Both the position numbers and the translations under genes were made by a program. DNA of 63,203 nucleotides, the filler included. It is 5 parts of 5 records of this genome, joined end to end, with 100 filler letters (N's around TTAATTAATTAA, not from the genome) between each part and the next. Parts side by side here need not be neighbours in the genome. Positions count along the whole stretch, not along the records: positions 21,990 to 43,978 come from SRR20825019_1279; positions 44,079 to 56,571 come from SRR20825019_1280; 3 more parts are not named here. One strand, 5' to 3'. Under the pieces are notes generated by a model. The model did no database searches and had not been told where the DNA came from. It saw nothing but the letters and a program-made list of their open reading frames with translations. Shown here piece by piece: positions 41,339 through 50,846 of the stretch. Numbering within the stretch: the stretch's first letter is position 1; each line of letters starts with the position of its first letter.

Positions 41339-43077
41339 TGGATACTAATATTTACACTAAACTTAAAATAGACATTTTAAGCATTATTGAAAAATTATAT
41401 GGTATAAAAATACCTAATAATAATATTTCTATAGAATTACCAAAAAATCAAAATCATGGTGACCTATCTTCTAATGCTGCGATGATTATTAGCCGCGAAA
41501 TACAAAAACCTCCAAGGGAAATTGCAAATAATATGTTAACTGAATTAGATAAAATTTCATATATAGCTAAAACTGAAATAGCTGGGGCTGGATTTTTAAA
41601 TTTTACAATAACTAAAGAAGAATTATATAGAAGGCTTTATCAAATTTTTGAATTTGGGAATGTGTATGGAAAGAATAATATTGGTAATAATATAAAAGTT
41701 AATGTTGAATATGTATCGGCAAATCCTACAGGCCCCCTTCATATTGGTCATGCAAGAGGAGCTATTTATGGTGATGTTTTAAGTAATTTACTAAAATATT
41801 CTGGGTATTTAGTAACTAAAGAATATTATGTTAATGATGCTGGAGGGCAAGTTAATGATTTAGCTTTATCTGTTTTTATAAGATATAAAGAGATATCAAC
41901 AGGAGTAAAGGGAGAGCTTCCACCTAATTTATATCCTGGTGAGTATATAATTGAAGTTGCTAAAAATTTATATAAAAAATATCAAGATAAATTACTTGAT
42001 AATAAAGAAAAATCATTTGAGATAATTAAGGAATTTGCAATTAAATCAATGCTTGATTTAATTAAGAATGATCTAAATAATTTAGGAATAAATCATGATG
42101 TATTTTTTTCAGAGAAATCTTTGCATGATACTAAAAAAATAGATTCTGCAATTTCTGAACTTTTAAGTAAAGATCTTGTATATGAAGGATTTTTAGAAAA
42201 GCCCAAAGGAAAAACAGATGAAGAATGGTCAATGAGAAAGCAGCTTTTATTTAAATCTAAAAATTTTGGAGATGATTCTGATAGAGCTTTAAAGAAAGAA
42301 GATGGTAGCTGGACATATTTTGCAGCAGATGCAGCTTATGCAAGGGATAAAATAAAAAGAGGTTATGATTACCTAATATATATATTAGGAGCTGATCATG
42401 GAGGATATGTTAAAAGAACTAAAGCAGTGATAAATTCATTTTCAGATAATAGAGTAGTTGCAGATATCAAAATTTGTCAGCTAGTCAATTATATTATGGA
42501 GGGAAGTAAAGTAAAAATGTCTAAAAGAAGTGGGAATTTTAGCTCAGTTAATGACATATATAAAGAATTAGGAAAAGATGTAATAAGATTCATGATGCTT
42601 ACAAGAAAGAATGATATAGTGCTTGATTTTGATATTAATCAGGTTAAAACAAGCAGTAAGGATAATCCAGTTTTTTATGTTCAGTATGCAGCAGTTAGAG
42701 CAAACTCAGTTCTAAAAAAAGCTTCAAATATAGGTATTGAAATGAAAAATTTAAATTGTGAAAACTTAAACTTAAACTTAAACTTAATTAATTTACCTAT
42801 GGAAATTGAACTAATTAAGAGTCTAATAAGTTATCCTAATATTATTGAGTCATCTGCAAGAAATTTTGAGCCCCATAGAATAGCATATTATCTTCAAAAT
42901 CTTGCTTCAAAATATCATTCTTTATGGAATCATAATGATTTAAATATTAAATATAAATTCATAGATCCAGAAAATATAGAATTAAGCAGATCAAGAGTAT
43001 TTTTTTCAATGCTAATTAGGCAGGTACTAGTTAATGGGTTAAAAATACTTGGTATTGAAGCTCTTGAATCAATGTAG
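41338..43077 (+). CDS. argS: Arginine--tRNA ligase
   Basis: SANPTGPLHIGH (HIGH), GADHGGY, KMSKRSG and NPVFYVQYA motifs. Confidence 0.97.
   Translation: MDTNIYTKLKIDILSIIEKLYGIKIPNNNISIELPKNQNHGDLSSNAAMIISREIQKPPREIANNMLTELDKISYIAKTEIAGAGFLNFTITKEELYRRLYQIFEFGNVYGKNNIGNNIKVNVEYVSANPTGPLHIGHARGAIYGDVLSNLLKYSGYLVTKEYYVNDAGGQVNDLALSVFIRYKEISTGVKGELPPNLYPGEYIIEVAKNLYKKYQDKLLDNKEKSFEIIKEFAIKSMLDLIKNDLNNLGINHDVFFSEKSLHDTKKIDSAISELLSKDLVYEGFLEKPKGKTDEEWSMRKQLLFKSKNFGDDSDRALKKEDGSWTYFAADAAYARDKIKRGYDYLIYILGADHGGYVKRTKAVINSFSDNRVVADIKICQLVNYIMEGSKVKMSKRSGNFSSVNDIYKELGKDVIRFMMLTRKNDIVLDFDINQVKTSSKDNPVFYVQYAAVRANSVLKKASNIGIEMKNLNCENLNLNLNLINLPMEIELIKSLISYPNIIESSARNFEPHRIAYYLQNLASKYHSLWNHNDLNIKYKFIDPENIELSRSRVFFSMLIRQVLVNGLKILGIEALESM
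42762..42785 (+). repeat. (AAACTT)4 hexanucleotide microsatellite inside argS
   Basis: aaacttaaacttaaacttaaactt, encoding NLNLNLNL. Confidence 0.9.
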
Positions 43078-43218
43078 TAAAATTTTATAGCTATATTTAG
43101 AATTAATATAAATAATATTTAATAGTTATAATTATTAATATTAATAAAGTTTTTTACAAATTATCTAAGTTGAATTATTATCCGTTTGATTGTTACAAAT
43201 GTTTGTTTAGGTTTTTTT

Positions 43219-43845
43219 GTGAAAATATTTAAAATATTAACTGCTTTACTGATAACTTTAGGAATAACTAGTTATTCAGGATATTATTATTATAATTACT
43301 TGGATTTTCCTAAAAATATAATCATAATATCATCAAGTAATATACCTCCAAGAGTAAGAGCTGATGATGTTATTTCATCTAACACTGGACTTGAGGAAGG
43401 TACTGTATTTAGAAGAATTTTTAATAAAGATTCTAAATCACAAATAGTTAAAATTGGTAAAGAGCCAGAAAAGCCTATAGAAATTCCTAAAAATGTTGAA
43501 AAAAAGAATAAAGAAAATACTATTCAAGATAATATAGAAGTTAATTTTAATAAAGATAATGCTCATAAATTTACCTATGATTCTAAAAAAGATGAGGTAT
43601 ATCAATTAATTATTGCAGTTACTTTAACTAAAAATGTAGCTGATGAAAATGTAGAAATAATTAAAAAGCGTTTTTCATCAATCATTAATAATAAAAAATG
43701 TTTTTCTAAAAAAGTTATTGCAGCTGAGAAAGTTTTTTATCAAATAATGATAGGAGATTTTCGATCATTTAATGAAGCTAAGGCCCTTTGCAAGAAGTTA
43801 AAAGACAATGATCAAGAATGTATAATAATTAAAACTAGATCTTAA
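43219..43845 (+). CDS. SPOR domain-containing membrane protein
   Basis: N-terminal TM anchor, C-terminal FYQIMIGDF...EAKALCKKLK...QECII SPOR-like motif, follows argS. Confidence 0.75.
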   Translation: MKIFKILTALLITLGITSYSGYYYYNYLDFPKNIIIISSSNIPPRVRADDVISSNTGLEEGTVFRRIFNKDSKSQIVKIGKEPEKPIEIPKNVEKKNKENTIQDNIEVNFNKDNAHKFTYDSKKDEVYQLIIAVTLTKNVADENVEIIKKRFSSIINNKKCFSKKVIAAEKVFYQIMIGDFRSFNEAKALCKKLKDNDQECIIIKTRS

Positions 43846-43978
43846 AATATGGATTTACTATTTAACTGTTGTTATAAAATAATGAATATAAACCTTTAAA
43901 TTAGGGTATATTTTAATAGTCTACCTAACAACTTTTTAGATATAAAAATGTAAAAGTTCAGACACATGTTGGACTAAA

Positions 43979-44078
43979 NNNNNNNNNNNNNNNNNNNNNN
44001 NNNNNNNNNNNNNNNNNNNNNNTTAATTAATTAANNNNNNNNNNNNNNNNNNNNNNNNNNNNNNNNNNNNNNNNNNNN
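43979..44078. other. Artificial contig spacer
   Basis: 44 N + TTAATTAATTAA + 44 N. Confidence 0.98.
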
Positions 44079-44431
44079 AATTCCCACATTTTTGGGCTAT
44101 TGGTTGGTGGTTGTATGATGATTACAAAAAAGGAGGTTTTGCTATGTTGCCAACTGGCAAGCGTGACACAAAAACAGCCATACAAGTTATCTTATATACA
44201 TTCTGGACAGTTTTAATATCATTAGTTCCTGCATTTGGTATGACAGGACGTCTTTATCTAACACCAATAGCAGCTGTTATAATTGGATTGTTAGGAGTGT
44301 TTATGATGTATTATGCAATCATGTTATATAAGAAACGAACACCAAAATCTGCAAAGCAATTAATGTTTGCAAGTGTAAGCTATATCACACTGCTTCAAAT
44401 AATATATGTCTTAGATAAATTTATAAGGTAA
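44079..44431 (+). CDS. cyoE: Protoheme IX farnesyltransferase (heme O synthase), C-terminal fragment
   Basis: FPHFWAIGW...DDYKKGGFAMLP motif, truncated by the contig start. Confidence 0.92.
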
Positions 44432-45009
44432 TGGATTTAACACAAGGAACAGAACAAGAAAAAACAGCACGGTCTAAAAAGATGATGCTTTGGTTTGGCA
44501 TCATATCTATGGTAATGATGTTTGCGGGATTAACTAGTGCTTATGTAGTAAGTAGTGAGCGTCAAGATTGGTTAAATGATTTCACGCTGCCAGCTTCTTT
44601 TATATGGAGTACACTAGCTATTGTAACAAGTAGCATTACTTTATTTATCGCAAAAAAACAACTAAGAGTAAACAACCGCAAAGGAGCAACTTATTCATTA
44701 CTAGCTACATTGGTGTTGGGAGTAATTTTTGTAGGGCTGCAGTTACAAGGATTTGAAGATATTATTAATTTAGGATTTTATTTTACAGGAAGCGAAAGTT
44801 CAATAACAACCTCTTTCATTTATGTACTTGTGTTAGCGCACTTAGCACATATTGCGGCAGGACTAATTGTGCTTTTAGTCTTAATTTATAATCATTTTAA
44901 ACAACGCTATACAGCAGAGCAAATGCTAGGCTTCGAACTTGGTGCTACATTTTGGCACTTCGTTGATGTTCTGTGGCTTTACCTCTTTGTATTCTTATAT
45001 TTTTTCTAA
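44431..45009 (+). CDS. Cytochrome c oxidase subunit 3 family protein (first paralog)
   Basis: MMFAGLTSAY, AHLAH and FWHFVDVLWLYLF motifs. Confidence 0.92.
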   Translation: MDLTQGTEQEKTARSKKMMLWFGIISMVMMFAGLTSAYVVSSERQDWLNDFTLPASFIWSTLAIVTSSITLFIAKKQLRVNNRKGATYSLLATLVLGVIFVGLQLQGFEDIINLGFYFTGSESSITTSFIYVLVLAHLAHIAAGLIVLLVLIYNHFKQRYTAEQMLGFELGATFWHFVDVLWLYLFVFLYFF

Positions 45010-45114
45010 GAAAAAGTATGATAATCTTCGTTGAATCAACTCAATGAAAGCGATAAATTAAAAAAATGCCTTGAAAATGCGGTGCAAGCTATTTCGAGAG
45101 TACAATAAAAAAGT

Positions 45115-45122
45115 TATTTTTG
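45115..45122 (+). promoter_or_regulatory. Bacteroidetes -7 promoter element
   Basis: TATTTTTG (TAnnTTTG), 25 nt upstream of the ATG at 45148. A second copy at 46625-46632 precedes the gene at 46646. Confidence 0.55.
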
Positions 45123-45147
45123 CACAACATTAAACCAATTCACGTTT

Positions 45148-46128
45148 ATGGAAGCTACTGCAGTAAGTACTGGCACCGAAGGAAAAACTTGGGGTGGCGG
45201 TAATCAACCACTAAAAGCAAGCTATGGCAAGCTAATGATGTGGTTTTTCATCGTTTCTGATGCATTGACATTCTCAGGATTCTTAGCATCATACGGATTT
45301 TCCCGTTTTAAATTTATCGATTCTTGGCCAATCGCCGATGAAGTGTTTAATCACTTCCCATTTTTACACGGTGTAGATGCACCTATGTATTATGTGGCAT
45401 TAATGACCTTTATTCTTATTGGCTCATCTGTTACAATGGTATTAGCGGTTGATGCTGGTCATCACATGAAACAAAAGAAAGTTATTCTTTACATGTTCCT
45501 AACTATTATTGGAGGTGCTATTTTCGTAGGATCTCAAGCTTGGGAGTGGAAAAACTTTATTAATGGTGAATATGGAGCCGTTGAAACTCATGGAGGACAA
45601 ATACTACAGTTTGTAGACAATACAGGTCATCGTGTTGCTTTAGAAAACATTGCTGTTGCAGTTCCTGGAGAAAGAGAACAACACCAAAAGAAAAATGGTG
45701 TTTGGTATAATGGTGAAAAAGAATTGCCTACTTACTCAATGAACGAAATCATTAAAGGTTTTGAAGCTAAACCAGAAATTTTGGTTCGCACACAGATCTT
45801 AGATGAAAATGGTCAAAAGACAATTCTTTCTAGAGAAGAGTCTTTGGCAAAGTTAAAAGCCGAAGGAAGAAACATAGTAGAAGGTGCTAACCTTAAACAT
45901 AACGAATATGGTACGCCATTATTTGCAGATTTCTTTTTCTTCATTACAGGATTTCACGGGTTTCACGTATTTTCTGGTGTAATCATAAACATCATTATTT
46001 TCTTTAATGTAATCATTGGTACTTATGAAAGAAGAGGTAGCTATGAAATGGTTGAGAAAGTAGGATTATATTGGCACTTTGTAGATTTAGTTTGGGTATT
46101 TGTATTCACATTCTTCTACTTAGTATAA
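45148..46128 (+). CDS. Cytochrome c oxidase subunit 3 family protein (second paralog, with large soluble insertion)
   Basis: GKLMMWFFIVSDALTF, ITGFHGFHV and GLYWHFVDLVWVFVF motifs. Confidence 0.92.
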   Translation: MEATAVSTGTEGKTWGGGNQPLKASYGKLMMWFFIVSDALTFSGFLASYGFSRFKFIDSWPIADEVFNHFPFLHGVDAPMYYVALMTFILIGSSVTMVLAVDAGHHMKQKKVILYMFLTIIGGAIFVGSQAWEWKNFINGEYGAVETHGGQILQFVDNTGHRVALENIAVAVPGEREQHQKKNGVWYNGEKELPTYSMNEIIKGFEAKPEILVRTQILDENGQKTILSREESLAKLKAEGRNIVEGANLKHNEYGTPLFADFFFFITGFHGFHVFSGVIINIIIFFNVIIGTYERRGSYEMVEKVGLYWHFVDLVWVFVFTFFYLV

Positions 46129-46146
46129 CACAAAATATTAAACACA

Positions 46147-46506
46147 ATGGCACACGATACAGCACACGGTAAGGATCCAATTAAACGCATTTGGTTTGTA
46201 TTTGCATTACTTTCTATAGTAACTATAGTTGAGGTTATCCTTGGTATTATAAAACCAGCATTTTTAATAGAGAATACGTTTATTAAAATGAAATTGCTAA
46301 ACTGGATATTTATCATCCTAACAATTTATAAAGCATATTACATTACTTGGGCATTCATGCACATGGAAGGAGAAACTAAAGGTCTTAGGAGATCTGTAGT
46401 TTGGACAGCTATATTTCTTGTATGTTACCTAGTTACAATTCTTCTTGTTGAAGGAGATTATATTTATGAAGTATACAGAACAGGACATCAAGCTTGGGAT
46501 TTCTAA
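46147..46506 (+). CDS. Cytochrome c oxidase subunit IV family protein
   Basis: LLSIVTIVEV and KAYYITWAFMHM motifs. Confidence 0.88.
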   Translation: MAHDTAHGKDPIKRIWFVFALLSIVTIVEVILGIIKPAFLIENTFIKMKLLNWIFIILTIYKAYYITWAFMHMEGETKGLRRSVVWTAIFLVCYLVTILLVEGDYIYEVYRTGHQAWDF

Positions 46507-46532
46507 TGTTAAATCCTAAACTATAATATACT

Positions 46533-46567
46533 AAATGCCCAACAGGAATGTTGGGCATTTCTTTTTT
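46533..46567 (+). terminator. Intrinsic terminator
   Basis: AAATGCCCAACA-GGAA-TGTTGGGCATTT 12-bp stem followed by CTTTTTT, after the subunit IV stop. Confidence 0.9.
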
Positions 46568-46645
46568 AACAAATGTCTTTAGCTTTTATCTCTATTTGTT
46601 TAAAATAATGTGATCTCTGTATTGTATTTTTGTGCAAACTAAAAT

Positions 46646-47323
46646 ATGCAATTGGAAACTATTAAAGACAACAGGAATAGCCCAGTAAAATATGCTGTAC
46701 TTATAGCATTGTTTGTATTGCCATTGGTAATCTATCTACTTTCAGCATCTGGTGAGGAGTTGTTTAATTTGTTGCCGCAGCTTACTAAAGATGTTTCAAA
46801 TCTAGAAGAGTTTGAAGATCTGGAAGGAAATAAGGTTTCCTTAGATAATAAGATAACCATTCTTGGTTTTTTTGGAGATATGCCAGAATCAAAGAAGGGA
46901 AATGCCTTAAACCTTAATGAAAAAATATACAAGCGTAATTATAAATTTGATGACTTTCAATTTGTCATATTAATTTCTGAGGAAGGAAAAGATCAAGCTA
47001 TCGAATTACGTAATAAAATTGAAGCCTATACCTCTACAGAAAAGTGGATTTTTGCGGTAGGTAGTAAAGATGCGATAAGTAACGTTTTTAATAGTTTAAA
47101 AACAGATATGTCATTATCGCCTAATTACTCAACACCATATGTATTTATAATAGACAAAGAACAAATTTTAAGAGGTCGTGAAAACGATGAGGATAATGGT
47201 TTAATGTATGGTTATAATTCTGCAGATATAGCTGAAATAAGTAATAAGATGGTAGCAGACGTAAAAGTTATATTAGCAGAATATAGAAGAGCTCTTAAGA
47301 AATATAATTCAGATAGAAAGTAA
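46646..47323 (+). CDS. Membrane-anchored SCO-like/thioredoxin-fold protein lacking the CxxxC motif
   Basis: N-terminal TM, SLDNKITILGFF and FIIDKEQILRG motifs parallel SCO. No cysteines. Confidence 0.65.
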   Translation: MQLETIKDNRNSPVKYAVLIALFVLPLVIYLLSASGEELFNLLPQLTKDVSNLEEFEDLEGNKVSLDNKITILGFFGDMPESKKGNALNLNEKIYKRNYKFDDFQFVILISEEGKDQAIELRNKIEAYTSTEKWIFAVGSKDAISNVFNSLKTDMSLSPNYSTPYVFIIDKEQILRGRENDEDNGLMYGYNSADIAEISNKMVADVKVILAEYRRALKKYNSDRK

Positions 47324-47331
47324 GACTTATT

Positions 47332-48063
47332 ATGAAGAGAAAATACAGTTATATAGGTTTAGGGATCATTATATTAATTTTTGGTATAATAGTAATTCCT
47401 AAAATAATTGAGACACTTTCAGAAGGAACAGTTGTAAAAGAGAACAGAACAGAGTCTGTTAAAAACAGTGATCTCGCTTTTGTAACTAGAGATGGTGAGA
47501 AGAGAAAAGTACCGCCTTTCAAATTTATAAATCAAGATGGTGATACAATTACTAATCAAGATTACATAGGGAAAGTATATGTTGCAGAGTTTTTCTTTAC
47601 TTCTTGTCCTACTATTTGCCCAATTATGAACAGTAACCTTGTGGCAGTAGATCAAGAAATTGGAGATGAAAATTTTGGTATTGCTTCTTTTAGCATAGAT
47701 CCAAGAAAAGATACGCCAGAGGTTTTAAAAGATTATGAAAAACAATATGGTATAACCAATCCAAACTGGAATTTAATGACTGGAGATAGAGATGCTATTT
47801 ATGATTTGGCAAGAACAGGATTTACAATCTATGCAGAAGAAAATCCAGAAGTTCCTGGAGGATTTGAGCATAGTGGTTATTTCGCATTGGTAGATCAAGA
47901 AGGGTATTTAAGATCTCGTAAAGATGAGTTTGGAAACGTTATTATATTTTACAGAGGTTCGGTGCCACAAGGAATAGACCCAACTCAAGCAGATGAAGAA
48001 CCACAGATTGATATTTTAATTGAAGATATAAAAATTTTATTAGACCATGGCAACAAGAACTAA
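47332..48063 (+). CDS. SCO family copper chaperone
   Basis: FFFTSCPTICP, SIDPRKDT and HSGYFALVD motifs. Confidence 0.95.
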   Translation: MKRKYSYIGLGIIILIFGIIVIPKIIETLSEGTVVKENRTESVKNSDLAFVTRDGEKRKVPPFKFINQDGDTITNQDYIGKVYVAEFFFTSCPTICPIMNSNLVAVDQEIGDENFGIASFSIDPRKDTPEVLKDYEKQYGITNPNWNLMTGDRDAIYDLARTGFTIYAEENPEVPGGFEHSGYFALVDQEGYLRSRKDEFGNVIIFYRGSVPQGIDPTQADEEPQIDILIEDIKILLDHGNKN

Positions 48064-48583
48064 AACAGACAAAATAGTTATTCCTGTTATAGTAGCACTT
48101 TCATTGGTAGTACCATTAGTTGTGTTATTACTTATGAATTTAAATGTGCGTTACAATCTTTTAGGTTTAGAAGTAGGAACATTTCCGTTTTTTCACGCAG
48201 TTATAAATGCTTGTACGGCATTATTATTACTAGCTGGATATTTCTTAATAAAAATAGGAGATATGAAATGGCACCGAAATGTCATGATTACAGCATTTGC
48301 TTTGTCTTGTGTGTTTTTGGTAAGTTATGTGATTTCTAAAATAAGTAACGATCCTGTGCCTTATGGTGGAGAAGGAATTTTAAGACCAATATATTTCTTT
48401 ATCCTAATTTCTCATATTGTATTATCGGGTATTATTGTGCCTTTAGTGTTATTTACAATGTATAGAGGTTTAAATAAACAATATATTAAGCATAAAAAAG
48501 TTGCACGCTGGACCTTTCCAATTTGGTTTTATGTTTCTGTAACTGGTGTTCTTGTATATATATTTATGTTGCCTTATTATTAA
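48047..48583 (+). CDS. DUF420 family membrane protein (CtaM/YozB-like)
   Basis: HAVIN, FLVSYV, LISHIVL and HKKVARWTFPIWFYVSVTGV motifs. Confidence 0.9.
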   Translation: MATRTKTDKIVIPVIVALSLVVPLVVLLLMNLNVRYNLLGLEVGTFPFFHAVINACTALLLLAGYFLIKIGDMKWHRNVMITAFALSCVFLVSYVISKISNDPVPYGGEGILRPIYFFILISHIVLSGIIVPLVLFTMYRGLNKQYIKHKKVARWTFPIWFYVSVTGVLVYIFMLPYY

Positions 48584-48593
48584 ACGTTTCAAA

Positions 48594-48824
48594 ATGAAAT
48601 CCTATAATTATAAACTTTTAGCCGTTATTGCTTTTTGTCTGTTACTACCAATAGTGGCAGATGCTCAGTGTGCTATGTGCCGCGCTGTATTAGAAAGCGA
48701 AGGTGATGGTGGTATGGCAAAAGGTATAAATAATGGTATCGTTTATTTAATGATTTTTCCATATCTACTTGTAGGCGGTATAGCTTTTGCTATTTATAAA
48801 TATAAAAAGCGAAATAAAGCTTAA
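48594..48824 (+). CDS. Small exported CxxC membrane protein
   Basis: Signal peptide ending ADA, then QCAMCRA, then GINNGIVYLMIFPY TM helix. Start re-called to MKSY (48594). Confidence 0.8.
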   Translation: MKSYNYKLLAVIAFCLLLPIVADAQCAMCRAVLESEGDGGMAKGINNGIVYLMIFPYLLVGGIAFAIYKYKKRNKA

Positions 48825-48854
48825 TTCATTTTAACATTTCTATAACACTTTCGC

Positions 48855-48885
48855 TGTAACAATTCCTAAAGCAATTAGTCTTATT
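48855..48885 (+). promoter_or_regulatory. Candidate ECF sigma-type promoter (copy 1)
   Basis: TGTAAC-N15-TAGTCTTATT, 21 nt upstream of the ABC ATPase ATG. Confidence 0.55.
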
Positions 48886-48906
48886 TATAAACTGACTAGC
48901 TGCATT

Positions 48907-49608
48907 ATGATTGAAATTACTAACCTTCACAAGTCCTACAAAACTGGAGCAAACTCTTTGCATGTTCTTAAAGGAATTAACTTTTCTGTAAAAGAAGGTG
49001 AGCTTGTATCTATAATGGGATCTTCTGGTTCAGGAAAATCTACATTACTTAATATTTTAGGAATGCTAGATGAAGCAGATGAGGGCTCTTATATGCTAGA
49101 CAATGTTCCTATTAAGAACTTAAACGAGAAGATAGCAGCTAAATACCGTAATAAATTTTTAGGGTTCATATTTCAATCCTTTAATCTAATTGGATACAAG
49201 ACAGCACTTGATAATGTGGCAATGCCATTGTACTATCAAGGTATGAAGCGTAATGAGCGTATAGATAGATCTATGGCTTACCTTGAAAAAGTGGGTCTTG
49301 CAGATTGGGCTACACACTTGCCAAATCAATTATCTGGTGGTCAAAAACAACGTGTTGCCATTGCTAGAGCATTAGCAAGTGATCCTAAAGTGTTGTTGGC
49401 AGATGAGCCTACAGGAGCTTTAGATACTAAAACATCTTACGAAGTCATGGATCTTATTCAAGGTATTAATGACGAAGGAAAAACAATTCTTGTTGTTACG
49501 CATGAAGATGATATTGCTCACATGACTAAACGAATAGTAAACTTAAAAGATGGCCTTATTATAGATGATAGTAAGGTAAACCAAGTAAAAGCTATTCAGC
49601 ATGTTTAA
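48907..49608 (+). CDS. ABC transporter ATP-binding protein (MacB/LolD-like)
   Basis: GSSGSGKST, LSGGQKQRVAIARAL and LADEPTGALD motifs. Confidence 0.95.
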   Translation: MIEITNLHKSYKTGANSLHVLKGINFSVKEGELVSIMGSSGSGKSTLLNILGMLDEADEGSYMLDNVPIKNLNEKIAAKYRNKFLGFIFQSFNLIGYKTALDNVAMPLYYQGMKRNERIDRSMAYLEKVGLADWATHLPNQLSGGQKQRVAIARALASDPKVLLADEPTGALDTKTSYEVMDLIQGINDEGKTILVVTHEDDIAHMTKRIVNLKDGLIIDDSKVNQVKAIQHV

Positions 49609-50845
49609 TATTGAACGTTGGCAAGAAATATTTCAAACAATAGCAAAAAATAAACTCCGTACGTTTTTAACAGGAGTCTCTGTAGCATCTGGTATTTTCA
49701 TCTTAGTTATTCTTCTAGGTTTTGGCCAAGGCATGGAAAACGGAATTTCTAAAGAGTTTCAAAATGATGCTTCTAATAGAATAAGTGTTTGGTCTGGTGT
49801 TACTACTGTGGAGCATAAAGGACTAAATCCTGGTCGCTTCATACAGATGAAGAATAAAGATTTTGAATTCATCACAAAGAAGTATTCAGATAAAATTGAA
49901 AACAAATCATCGCTTTATAGAATTTGGAATTGTCTCGCAACTTATGGCAAAGAAAGTGGTAGTTACCGCGTTGAAGGTGTACATCCAGATTACCAATTCT
50001 TAGAAAATGAAACTTTAACAGCGGGAAGATATCTTAACCAAAATGATATAGATCATAACGAAAAAGTTGTGGTGCTAGGTCATAAAGTTAAACGCGATCT
50101 TTTTAAAGAAGAAGATGCAATTGGAAAACAATTACAAGTTTCAGGTGTAAACTTTAAAGTTGTAGGTGTGTATACAGATCCTGGCGGAGAACGTGAAGAA
50201 GCTCGTATCTTTTTACCAATTACGACTTCTCAAAAAGTTTTTAATGGAGGAAACATTATAAGAAACATGGCATTTACGCTTCAGCCAAAAGAAAATTTTG
50301 AGGAAGCGTTAATTGAAAGTGAGCAATTTTCAGCAGAAATTCAAGACTACTTAAAACAAGTACATACCATTGCTCCAAATGATATGAGTGCCATAAATGT
50401 GAACAATACATTAGAGCAAACAAAACGCTTTTACGATTTAATTTGGATGATACGCACCTTCTTTTGGGGTGTGGGTATATGTACCATTATTGCAGGAGTT
50501 GTAGGTGTAAGTAATATCATGCTCATAATTGTAAAAGAACGTACTAGAGAGATAGGTGTTAGAAAAGCACTTGGCGCACAACCTTGGTCTATTATAGGAA
50601 TGATTCTTCATGAATCTATTTTTGTAACCGCAATTGCTGGTTTTACAGGTTTAGTGTTTAGTATGGCACTTTTAGAAATTATAGGGCCAAACATCGAGAT
50701 GGATTATATTTTAAATCCTTCTGTAAATTTTAATGTGGCAATTACAACCGTATTTATTTTAATAATTGCAGGAGCAATTGCAGGCTTTTTTCCTGCGTGG
50801 AGAGCAGCAAGTATTAAACCTATTGAAGCCTTAAGAGACGAATAA
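49601..50845 (+). CDS. ABC transporter permease (MacB/FtsX-like)
   Basis: NKLRTFLT, VSNIMLIIVKERTREIGVRKALGA and IKPIEALRDE motifs. Confidence 0.93.
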   Translation: MFNIERWQEIFQTIAKNKLRTFLTGVSVASGIFILVILLGFGQGMENGISKEFQNDASNRISVWSGVTTVEHKGLNPGRFIQMKNKDFEFITKKYSDKIENKSSLYRIWNCLATYGKESGSYRVEGVHPDYQFLENETLTAGRYLNQNDIDHNEKVVVLGHKVKRDLFKEEDAIGKQLQVSGVNFKVVGVYTDPGGEREEARIFLPITTSQKVFNGGNIIRNMAFTLQPKENFEEALIESEQFSAEIQDYLKQVHTIAPNDMSAINVNNTLEQTKRFYDLIWMIRTFFWGVGICTIIAGVVGVSNIMLIIVKERTREIGVRKALGAQPWSIIGMILHESIFVTAIAGFTGLVFSMALLEIIGPNIEMDYILNPSVNFNVAITTVFILIIAGAIAGFFPAWRAASIKPIEALRDE

Positions 50846-50846
50846 T

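Noticed and set aside
22315-43845. Alternative genetic code in the AT-rich symbiont contig
   Set aside because: Genes are full length under the standard code, Trp is encoded by TGG, and TGA terminates mnhE.
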